A DNA stretch of 32,000 nt from Candidatus Saccharimonadota bacterium (GCA_963698035.1 OY969114.1:1-32000), one strand, 5' to 3'. Shown: positions 7,537-14,633, numbered from the stretch's first letter. Numbers and translations: made by a program. The notes: generated from the letters alone by a model not told the origin.

Positions 7537-7978
7537 ACCTTGCCGTTATTTCGTTTTCACCTGTAACTGAATAGTTTCCTATGGCAATGCTGTCTTTAAA
7601 AGCGAATATCGAGGTATGCATTTTCCTTTTGCCCTCAAAATATTTTCTGATCTCTTTCATTACCCCTTTCAGCTCTCCTTTGTCTGTAAGATCTACGCCG
7701 CTGATGGTGAATGCCATAGTGCCGCCGTGTGTAACCCATTCCTTCCGGCTATTGCTGGAGACCTCATGACCATAATGCATTGTGTATACTTTTGATACAT
7801 GTAGTTTTATATCGCTGTGATCGCTGTTAAAATTCAGCGCGCTTTGCGCAAACCTTTCAGAAATTTCGTCGGCCTGCCGCTTGATACTGTCTGCACTGTA
7901 CTCTACTAGTCCGGGTACGCTCCTTAAGAGCTTCCGTGTCGTAGGGCTTGCCTCTAAATTTTGAGAGATGGTTGACAT
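7478..7978 (-). CDS. Hypothetical protein (166 aa)
   Basis: ORF is preceded by a short junction module and an AT-rich TATA region. Confidence 0.45.
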   Translation of the reverse strand: MSTISQNLEASPTTRKLLRSVPGLVEYSADSIKRQADEISERFAQSALNFNSDHSDIKLHVSKVYTMHYGHEVSSNSRKEWVTHGGTMAFTISGVDLTDKGELKGVMKEIRKYFEGKRKMHTSIFAFKDSIAIGNYSVTGENEITARFVVANTRKVNARWIPVADS

Positions 7979-8037
7979 TTTATCACATTTTAATATTTTT
8001 ACTAGCAGAATTGAAGAAAACTAATATTTTAGTTTTA
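7979..8037 (-). promoter_or_regulatory. Short junction module (T-rich CTTCAATTC box fused directly to the TATA region)
   Basis: Minus strand reads TAA aactaaaata TTAGTTTTCTTCAATTCTGCTAG TAAAAATATTAAAAT gtgataaaATG. Confidence 0.6.
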
Positions 8038-8937
8038 TTGTCTCCTAAAGATATCACCCAGGAGCCTATTCCCAAGTTCGTCATTCCTTCTCAGCGCGCC
8101 TTCCACCAGCTCCAACTCCAGCCCTTCTATCATCTGCTTAATCTCACCTTGCTCTTCGACGCCGCCGAAGGTGATCGTGCCCTTAATCATCTCTTCCATG
8201 AGCCCCGAGAAGTGATTCAAGCTGCTTTTTAGAGTAGTGAAGTCTTTTGCATACTTCGATAGTATTGTGCCCACCTTGTGCATGTCCGGCGTGGGGACAA
8301 GAAGTGTCACAAGCCCTGCCACGTCTATAGGATCCTTGACCCTCGTGCTGTCCAAGGATAGCACAAGCTTCATTGCAAGCAGGGATTCTGTGTCGACCAT
8401 ACGGATCCATTGTTTCGAATATGGAATGACTCCCCTTACGCTATGCTCCGATAATACATCATCTGGCGGCATCAAGAGCCTGTCGCGCCTTTCTACATAT
8501 ACATCGATGTCTACCTCAGTTCCACTTGTGTCTTTGGCCTTTATCTCGTGCTTTTTAAGGATTGGATTGTAATTTATACCCCAACCGTTCTCGTTCGCCA
8601 TTCCCTGAAGTAGGGTCCAGCCGCCCTCTGAAACGGCAACATCTATGTCATGAGACTTCCTCAACCCGCACTTTGCAAATACCGCCCATCCTCCTATGAC
8701 CGCGATCATGGGCATATTGCCGCTGTCAGCCTCGCGCACCTCTTGCCTATTGAAGATCTGAGACATTATTTCTAGGCAGGCGCGTTCTTTTGCGGCATCC
8801 GACGTAACGGCCTGTGAAGCCTTGGCCTTGAGCGCGTTGCCTATCTCCCCTTTTGCGCTTCTAGGCATAATACCAAAAGCAGGCTCTGGGCTTCTGGCTG
8901 TTGTATTTGTTATATCCACCACAATTGGCATAATCAT
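8035..8937 (-). CDS. Nucleotidyltransferase-fold protein, AbiEii/DUF1814-like
   Basis: IGGWAVFAKCGLRKSHDIDVAV fits the GG..(R)xSxDxD minimal NTase motif. ESLLAMKLVLSLDSTRVKDPIDVAGL resembles the AbiEii C-terminal K/D motif. Confidence 0.45.
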   Translation of the reverse strand: MIMPIVVDITNTTARSPEPAFGIMPRSAKGEIGNALKAKASQAVTSDAAKERACLEIMSQIFNRQEVREADSGNMPMIAVIGGWAVFAKCGLRKSHDIDVAVSEGGWTLLQGMANENGWGINYNPILKKHEIKAKDTSGTEVDIDVYVERRDRLLMPPDDVLSEHSVRGVIPYSKQWIRMVDTESLLAMKLVLSLDSTRVKDPIDVAGLVTLLVPTPDMHKVGTILSKYAKDFTTLKSSLNHFSGLMEEMIKGTITFGGVEEQGEIKQMIEGLELELVEGALRRNDELGNRLLGDIFRRQ

Positions 8938-9119
8938 CTACTAATTTAGCGCTGGGGATGATATTTATGCTTATCGAGAGGGTGCGCTACCCGTCGCAGT
9001 TACGGCCCACTCAAGCCATCCCTTACCGCTTCAGTTACCATTTCCTAGCTTATGATGATACTCTCAGCCGTACTCTATTTACCAAAATATTTATGCCTGT
9101 CTAAGAGCATTTGCGGAAA

Positions 9120-9392
9120 CTAATCTTGCAATTTTGCAAGATACTCCTCCCCCTCGCGGGTGATTAGATAGGTCCTTGGAGGATTTTGGCGGGTATACTG
9201 TTCAGGAAATATCTGGTCTGATTCCTTGACGAACCCTCTTCCAACCAACGACTTAAGCGTTTTGCCTAATTCATCCTCTGCTGTGTTTGTAACGTGCCTT
9301 ATGTACTCCGGTGTCTCGCCTGGACTACCGCGCAAGCATTCAAGCACGCGTTCTTCAATAATTCTCGTAGGCATTCTCGTTGTTTGCATCAT
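9120..9392 (-). CDS. Small winged-helix DNA-binding protein (90 aa)
   Basis: ERVLECLRGSPGETPEYIRHVTNTAEDELGKTLKSLVGRGFV has a wHTH-like pattern. TATA box ATATTTATGC is at 9417-9431. Confidence 0.45.
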   Translation of the reverse strand: MMQTTRMPTRIIEERVLECLRGSPGETPEYIRHVTNTAEDELGKTLKSLVGRGFVKESDQIFPEQYTRQNPPRTYLITREGEEYLAKLQD

Positions 9393-9608
9393 ATTATCGC
9401 AAAATCGCTGTGTTTTACGTAATATTTATGCTTATCTTTCATCACAAAAGAATCAAAGAAAAAGTATAATTTTACTAAAGACCCCTATCTGTTAATTTTT
9501 TTCAAACTGAACTTTAATGAATCTTTAGTTAACAATAGTAAGCACCTTAAGATACTTAAGGCTTTGCTATGCACGGGCTTTGCACTTAAAATATGACTTG
9601 CACTTATT

Positions 9609-10253
9609 TTAATCACGGGCCTCTACATGTTGCAGTCCTTCTTGGCTGGGCGCTCCTGTAGACAGGATTCCTGTCGGTCTTCTCTGTTGCTTGAGTCTCC
9701 TTCTTTCATCCTTGCATCTTTCCTTTTGGTATCTAATAGTATCTTTCTCCGATCTAAAGATGCCGCCTTCGTATACACCTCCTGCGGCTTTAAAGACTCC
9801 GTTAAATGTTGAACCATCAGAGCGAGTGACATTTCCGTCCATCTCAATTGCACCATCTACAGTTGTATTAGTAATCACCTTCTGCCCATACGCACTGAGG
9901 CCATGTAACTTCGACTTGACAACCAATACTCCATTAGAAAGGCTGCCTCCATAAACTTCCGACCTCCCTAATATAACTGAGTCTCGATTTTGATTTACAT
10001 CAGACCAAACAAGAGATTCAGAGCCCGGTGTTACTTCATACCATCCTCCACCAGTAAGATTTCTCCTAAGCTGGTGCTCTGAACCGTTAGATTTAAGAAC
10101 AAATGTGGCTACCTTTTCTTCAATAGGTATTCTGGCTACCAGACCGGGTAATTCAAGAGCGGACTGAATGCTACCAATCTGTACGGCTATGGCCCTTTCT
10201 TGTGTTGTAAGGGAGGCGATTGTTAGACAAGTTTGTTGTGTTTTGAATGCCAT
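9609..10253 (-). CDS. Hypothetical protein (214 aa), Gly-rich beta-type repeats and a basic C-terminus
   Basis: ORF with its own TATA box. No family recognised. Confidence 0.45.
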   Translation of the reverse strand: MAFKTQQTCLTIASLTTQERAIAVQIGSIQSALELPGLVARIPIEEKVATFVLKSNGSEHQLRRNLTGGGWYEVTPGSESLVWSDVNQNRDSVILGRSEVYGGSLSNGVLVVKSKLHGLSAYGQKVITNTTVDGAIEMDGNVTRSDGSTFNGVFKAAGGVYEGGIFRSEKDTIRYQKERCKDERRRLKQQRRPTGILSTGAPSQEGLQHVEARD

Positions 10254-10296
10254 ATAATCATAAGTAGCTGCGATTTCCCAGATATTTATGCTTTTC
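10254..10296 (-). promoter_or_regulatory. Promoter half of a junction module split by the transposon
   Basis: CCCAGATATTTATGC at 10277-10291 (plus strand) lies ~25-38 nt upstream of the ATG at 10253. The transposon target duplication starts 6 nt beyond the TATA box. Confidence 0.6.
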
Positions 10297-10305
10297 CTGA
10301 AGCCT
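10297..10305. repeat. Target-site duplication, left copy (CTGAAGCCT)
   Basis: An identical 9-mer occurs at 14581-14589, immediately outside the two terminal inverted repeats. Confidence 0.75.
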
Positions 10306-10369
10306 AGCTTTGCTAATAAACCTTGCTAATTAATTTACTTTGTTAGCAGATTTAATTCTTTATTAGCAG
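10306..10369. repeat. Left terminal inverted repeat plus subterminal TTTATTAGCA-type repeats
   Basis: Copies are TGCTAATAAA (10311-10320), TGCTAATTAA (10324-10333), TTTGTTAGCA (10339-10348) and TTTATTAGCA (10359-10368). Confidence 0.7.
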
Positions 10370-10370
10370 A

Positions 10371-11612
10371 CTATTCTATTTTACCATCTAAGAGGTCTTG
10401 AACTGTCCTCAAAACTATCTCTAAGCCGTCTTGATTCTTAACTCTGGCTACCTCTTCTTTAGCACCACTACCAAAAGAAAAAGCAACTACATATCCTTTC
10501 TTTCTATTCATACGACGCATAGCCGTCTCAAAGTTATCTATCACATTTCTTCCAACATCAGGACTTTGCTTGACTTGTATAGGATAGCCACCAGTAACTT
10601 GTGGGGTAAGCCCATCAATTCCCATATCACCAGATTTTGTTCTGCTTATAGTCCCTAAGAACTTATCAACAACAACCCAGTTCTGAAACTCGAATGGTTC
10701 AAGCTTTTTGACATAGTTTATATCGACGTCGCCTTTTACCATCTGTGCGGTTATGTGATATTCTTTCTTCAATCGCTTAGCCATCAGTTTACACGCAGTT
10801 GGGCTTATGTCAATTCCTATCCACTTTCTACCATTTTTTTGTGCAGAAGATATAGCAGTTCCGCAACCACAGAAAGGGTCTAAGACCAATTCGTCTTTAT
10901 TAGAGCTTGCACTTATTATCCTATCCAAAAGTGCTACTGGTTTTTGTGTAGGATAACCCATGTATTCTCCAGTATTATTTATTGTCTGAAACGAAGGAAT
11001 GTCAGTCCATACTGTAGACATCGCTTTTCCTTTAGATTTATCCAAATAAACTATTCTTTTCTTTCCGTCTTTATCAAAATAGATTTTGTATTTCCTACCT
11101 TCGTCATCAGTTTTGTCATATCTTTTTATTGTCCTTTGATCTAATTCTCCATGTTCTTTATTGAAAGTATATTTGCTTGATTTAGAATAGAAAAGAATGG
11201 TGTCATGACCTCTAATCCATTTATTTGCTTGTGCTTTGAATCCAGACGAAGTTTCGTTTGACCATATGATTTCATTCTTAAAGTTCTTTTCACCAAATAT
11301 CTTATCCATTAAAATTCTAAGGTGTGCATTTGCATGATAATCGCAGTGCAAATAAATAGAGCCAGTTTCTTTCAGCACTCTCCAACATTCTCTTAATCGT
11401 GGCTCCATCCACGTTATATAAAATTCAATATCACCTTCCCATCTATCTTTAAAACTACGTATTTCTTCTTTATCATGCCAAATAACCTCGTAGTTTTTGT
11501 TAGTAAAGAAGGGAGGGTCAAGATAAATCAGGTCAATTTTATTATCTGGGAACTTGCTCATAATCTCCAGATTATCTCCCTCATAAATAGCATCAATTTC
11601 CATAGCTGACAT
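10371..11612 (-). CDS. DNA methyltransferase (beta-class, DPPF) fused to a C-terminal Mrr-like PD-(D/E)xK nuclease domain
   Basis: Motif IV (IYLDPPFF) lies near the N-terminus and motif I (DPFCGCGT) is later. The C-terminal GDMGIDG..YPIQVKQ resembles the Mrr catalytic core (GIDG...QxK). Confidence 0.75.
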   Translation of the reverse strand: MSAMEIDAIYEGDNLEIMSKFPDNKIDLIYLDPPFFTNKNYEVIWHDKEEIRSFKDRWEGDIEFYITWMEPRLRECWRVLKETGSIYLHCDYHANAHLRILMDKIFGEKNFKNEIIWSNETSSGFKAQANKWIRGHDTILFYSKSSKYTFNKEHGELDQRTIKRYDKTDDEGRKYKIYFDKDGKKRIVYLDKSKGKAMSTVWTDIPSFQTINNTGEYMGYPTQKPVALLDRIISASSNKDELVLDPFCGCGTAISSAQKNGRKWIGIDISPTACKLMAKRLKKEYHITAQMVKGDVDINYVKKLEPFEFQNWVVVDKFLGTISRTKSGDMGIDGLTPQVTGGYPIQVKQSPDVGRNVIDNFETAMRRMNRKKGYVVAFSFGSGAKEEVARVKNQDGLEIVLRTVQDLLDGKIE

Positions 11613-11620
11613 TATATCAT

Positions 11621-12853
11621 CTAAGCTTTAAAAACCTTATCAGAAAGCTCTGGAGTTATCCCAAGCTCATATATCGCACTTATCAAAACTGTTATGTTAT
11701 ATGCTATCAGTTTGCACATTAGCTCGTTGGTCTGCGATACAAAGTTTTTGTTCTTTAGACCATCGCCGAGCTTGGTCTTGATAGCCATATTCGTTGTCTC
11801 TATGTTAGACCTTTTGTGATAATGTTCCATAAATTCTTCTTGTTTGTATTGGAACAAATGGAACATATTACGCCACAAGCGAGACTTACCTCTTGGGTTT
11901 CCTACTGCGTTTGATTTGAAGGGAATGTAAGGCGTTATGCCCATCTCTTCCGCAAGAACGTAGTTAGCTCTTGAGCTATACGCTTTGTCCGCACTAATCT
12001 CTTGCACATTAAATCCATTCTTTGAAGTTGTTTGAAGCAACGAAGGAAAAGATAGCGTATCGTTTTCGTGTTCTGATGTTATCTCAACTGATGTTATCAC
12101 ATTCGTTTTAGTTCCTACGCACAAGTGAGCTTTTAACCAGTGATGCCCTTTGTTCGTTCCATATTTGTTATGGCAATACTCTCCGAACTTCGTGGTTCTA
12201 AATCCAGTGCTATCTATTGCGAACTGGGTCTCAACACTCTTTAAAGGCAACGCTGTAATCTCCAGCAGTTCCTTTAGCAGTGGCGTTATCTCTGGGTCGT
12301 TGAGCAATATGTTTATCACGTTATAATTAGGTGCTTTGCTTATCTGCTCCTTGCCTTGAGCGTTCCTATAAAGCGAATATGCACGTCTGCTTGATAGCTG
12401 GGAATAGACCTTTTGTATTGCACAGAATAAGCCCTCTCTCAAAGGCACTCTTGGTCTTCCTATCACTTGCACTGGCTCATTTATGTTTTGAACCAAGTCT
12501 CTTAGAAGCTCATCAAAGAGCTTTACCTCTTCGTTCTGTGCCTTAGTGTAAGCAGACCAGTTTTGAGGATAGGTTATCCTCTTGGTCGCTGTTATCGTAG
12601 TGCTACCATCTTTATTGACCTGTTTTTCTACTGTGATTTCTACTGCGAATATATGCTTACATTTGACCCCTCTGGTCGCATAATCTCGGCACGTGCATCT
12701 TGACCCATCAATCCTTAGTTCTACGCTATAAGATTGTCTTGGATTAGTCTGCGATGGCACTTGCCATATACCGTTCCTATTGACTATCTGTTTTGTCTGG
12801 GCTATTGCATAGCCCTTTTCTTTTCTCTTTTTTACCAGTTCTACTTGTTGCAT
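11621..12853 (-). CDS. DDE transposase, IS4/IS5 superfamily, with an N-terminal SWIM zinc finger
   Basis: SWIM motif is CTCRDYATRGVKCKH. DDE elements are FAIDSTGF, ISADKAYSS and the Y-x2-R-x3-E-x6-K signature (YHKRSNIETTNMAIK). The stop lies 8 nt from the methyltransferase start. Confidence 0.85.
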   Translation of the reverse strand: MQQVELVKKRKEKGYAIAQTKQIVNRNGIWQVPSQTNPRQSYSVELRIDGSRCTCRDYATRGVKCKHIFAVEITVEKQVNKDGSTTITATKRITYPQNWSAYTKAQNEEVKLFDELLRDLVQNINEPVQVIGRPRVPLREGLFCAIQKVYSQLSSRRAYSLYRNAQGKEQISKAPNYNVINILLNDPEITPLLKELLEITALPLKSVETQFAIDSTGFRTTKFGEYCHNKYGTNKGHHWLKAHLCVGTKTNVITSVEITSEHENDTLSFPSLLQTTSKNGFNVQEISADKAYSSRANYVLAEEMGITPYIPFKSNAVGNPRGKSRLWRNMFHLFQYKQEEFMEHYHKRSNIETTNMAIKTKLGDGLKNKNFVSQTNELMCKLIAYNITVLISAIYELGITPELSDKVFKA

Positions 12854-12869
12854 ATCAGCACCATATTGT

Positions 12870-12958
12870 TAGGCACCTAACTATATACTATTAGGCACCT
12901 ACAAGTATATATATCTATCGGTATGCTACCGCAAGGTTTATAAAGGAATAGGCACCTA
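12870..12958. promoter_or_regulatory. Three TAGGCACCTA boxes in the divergent promoter region between the transposase and the DUF488 operon
   Basis: Exact 10-mers occur at 12870-12879, 12892-12901 and 12949-12958, interleaved with TATA-like tracts (CTATATAC, GTATATATAT, TTTATAAAG). Confidence 0.65.
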
Positions 12959-12966
12959 ATAGTATT

Positions 12967-13764
12967 ATGAAGCTTCAAAAACGCTTTTCTCGTAAGGTAA
13001 ATGACAAGGAATACGTCAAGTGGATATTGACAATACCACCAGAGGACATAGAAAAAGTTGGCTGGAAAGAAGGTCAAGATGTTAATTCTGTTGTAGTGGC
13101 GGATGGATTACTCATAAAGAAAAGTGAATCTATCAATTACGTTGATTTCAAGAACCGCTTATATGCTCTCCTAAATGAAGGTTTTGGCTTTACTTGGAAC
13201 GAAATAAAAAGACGGTTGAACATAGAGCAAACCATTCCAAACAATAAATGGGTAAATGACCTTCAAAAAGACATTCAATTAAGGCGAAGAAAGATAGGAG
13301 CCACTACCTATTGGTATTTGGAAAAAGGTGGAACGCCGATTTATACGATTGGTTATGAAGGCAAAAGCGTAGAGGAGCTTATAGAAATACTCAAAAGATA
13401 TGGAATAAAACGCTTAGTTGATGTAAGGGAATTAGCACTTAGTCGTAAAAATGGTTTTTCAAAATCCGTATTGAAAGATAAGCTAAATGAAAATCATATA
13501 GGGTATCAGAATATATCCGAGCTTGGTTCTCCGAGAGTTTTGAGACATCAGCTATGGAACGACAAAAACTATGACGAGTTCTTCAAGAAATATTCAGAAT
13601 GGATTGATTCTATCAACTCAAAAACCGCTTTAGAAAACCTTGAAGGATTAGCACACATCAGAGCTACCGCAATAATGTGTTTTGAAAAGGATGTAGAAAA
13701 ATGCCATCGAAGTATAATCAAGAAAAGGCTAATTCAAGATGGCTTCAAGGTCGTTGATTTATGA
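12967..13764 (+). CDS. AbrB/SpoVT-like domain, winged-helix-like linker and DUF488 domain fusion protein
   Basis: The N-terminus ILTIPPEDIEKVGWKEGQDVNSVVVADGLLIKK matches the AbrB swapped-hairpin pattern. The C-terminal half (IYTIGYEGKS...VDVR...CFEKDVEKCHRSII) matches DUF488. Confidence 0.65.
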   Translation: MKLQKRFSRKVNDKEYVKWILTIPPEDIEKVGWKEGQDVNSVVVADGLLIKKSESINYVDFKNRLYALLNEGFGFTWNEIKRRLNIEQTIPNNKWVNDLQKDIQLRRRKIGATTYWYLEKGGTPIYTIGYEGKSVEELIEILKRYGIKRLVDVRELALSRKNGFSKSVLKDKLNENHIGYQNISELGSPRVLRHQLWNDKNYDEFFKKYSEWIDSINSKTALENLEGLAHIRATAIMCFEKDVEKCHRSIIKKRLIQDGFKVVDL

Positions 13765-14525
13765 CATCCACAAAAAAGCGAGTTATAATAGTAGCGAAAA
13801 CTTATCCTAATCTTAGCGAGAAATACGAGGAAACTGTATGCGTTGCTGGGATAGATATGGAGACTGGCGACTGGATTAGGATGTTTCCAATAGCCTTTAG
13901 AAAATTGCGTCCTTCACAGAAGTTTAGGAAATTTGATATTATTGAAGTGGAAACGGAACGATATAACGACAAATATACGAGAGTTGAAAATTATAGGGTT
14001 AGGGATAAAAGTATCAAAATCATAGAGCACAAATCAAATCCAGATTGGGAATCAAGAAAGGACATATTATTGCCTAAGTTAATTGATTCAGTAGAGGAAC
14101 TTGAAACTTCAAGAGACGCATCTCATAAGACATTAGGTTTGATAAAGCCGAGAGAAATCGTAGATTTTTATAAGAAAAATATAGATGAATGTAGAGACTG
14201 GGAAAAAGAATTGATTGAAGGGACACAAAGAACCCTTTTTGGAAATTATAGGACTCCATTAAAGAAAATCCCTTACTGGATGGGATATAATTTTCTCTGT
14301 AATGGTGCTAACTGCGGAGGGCATAATATGATGTGCGAAGATTGGGAATTGATGGAGCTATTTAGAAGTATGAAAAATAGGTTTGGTAATGAAGTGGGTT
14401 TTAGTAAGGTTAGAGATAAGTTCTTTGAATGGATGCAACAAAGGGATGTCTATTTCGTGCTTGGAACAGAAAGCAGATGGAATAGGTTTTTGATAGTCTC
14501 GGTGTTTTATCCGCCGAGAGAGTGA
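13761..14525 (+). CDS. Uncharacterised 254-aa protein with a Cys/His cluster (CNGANCGGHNMMCEDWE)
   Basis: ATGA start/stop overlap with the DUF488 gene indicates translational coupling. No family recognised. Confidence 0.55.
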   Translation: MTSTKKRVIIVAKTYPNLSEKYEETVCVAGIDMETGDWIRMFPIAFRKLRPSQKFRKFDIIEVETERYNDKYTRVENYRVRDKSIKIIEHKSNPDWESRKDILLPKLIDSVEELETSRDASHKTLGLIKPREIVDFYKKNIDECRDWEKELIEGTQRTLFGNYRTPLKKIPYWMGYNFLCNGANCGGHNMMCEDWELMELFRSMKNRFGNEVGFSKVRDKFFEWMQQRDVYFVLGTESRWNRFLIVSVFYPPRE

Positions 14526-14526
14526 G

Positions 14527-14580
14527 TTTATTAGCAACAATCAGACTTTATTAGCAGGAAGGTAGTTTATTAGCAAAGCT
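14527..14580. repeat. Right subterminal repeats (3 x TTTATTAGCA, 19-20 nt spacing) ending in the right terminal inverted repeat
   Basis: Exact 10-mers occur at 14527-14536, 14547-14556 and 14566-14575. Confidence 0.8.
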
Positions 14581-14589
14581 CTGAAGCCT
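14581..14589. repeat. Target-site duplication, right copy (CTGAAGCCT)
   Basis: Identical to 10297-10305. Similarity continues for 9 more nt (GGCTTTGCT versus AGCTTTGCT), because the flank resembles the element's own terminus. Confidence 0.75.
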
Positions 14590-14633
14590 GGCTTTGCTCA
14601 GAAAGTTCGTTCTGCCTCCTTGAAGAAAAACTA
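14590..14633 (-). promoter_or_regulatory. Terminator-side half of the junction module split by the transposon
   Basis: Minus strand reads TAG TTTTTCTTCAAGGAGGCAGAACGAACTTTCTGAGCAAAGCC, starting at the stop codon of 14631..15119. Confidence 0.6.

Larger units (their letters stand above)
10306..14580. mobile_element. 4275-bp IS4-superfamily transposon carrying three passenger genes
   Basis: Perfect 16-bp terminal inverted repeats AGCTTTGCTAATAAAC (10306-10321 / 14565-14580), a 9-bp direct repeat, an internal DDE transposase, and lower GC (~35-38% on counted lines) than the flanks. Confidence 0.8.

Noticed and set aside
784-8037. Integron-like cassette array with attC sites.
   Set aside because: The module has no attC-type imperfect palindrome (R''-L''/L'-R' with GTTRRRY). 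Each cassette carries its own promoter, and no IntI-like tyrosine recombinase is in the window. This cannot be excluded without the flanking sequence, so it is kept only as an analogy.
9040-9110. C/D-box sRNA suggested by ATGATGA at about 9053-9059 (plus strand).
   Set aside because: No CTGA D box or C'/D' pair occurs at appropriate spacing on that strand, and there are no terminal complementary stems.
12869-12960. The TAGGCACCTA repeats as terminal inverted repeats of a smaller IS containing only the transposase.
   Set aside because: No matching inverted copy exists near the transposase stop (11612-11625), which lies 8 nt from the methyltransferase start. The repeats are all in one orientation in a divergent promoter region.
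2907-14633. Conserved sequence after TAG stop codons as a recoding (pyrrolysine/PYLIS-like) signal.
   Set aside because: TAG is also used as an ordinary stop in core genes here (rnz, scpB). The downstream frames close quickly, and the motif also occurs 11-14 nt after TAA/TGA stops.
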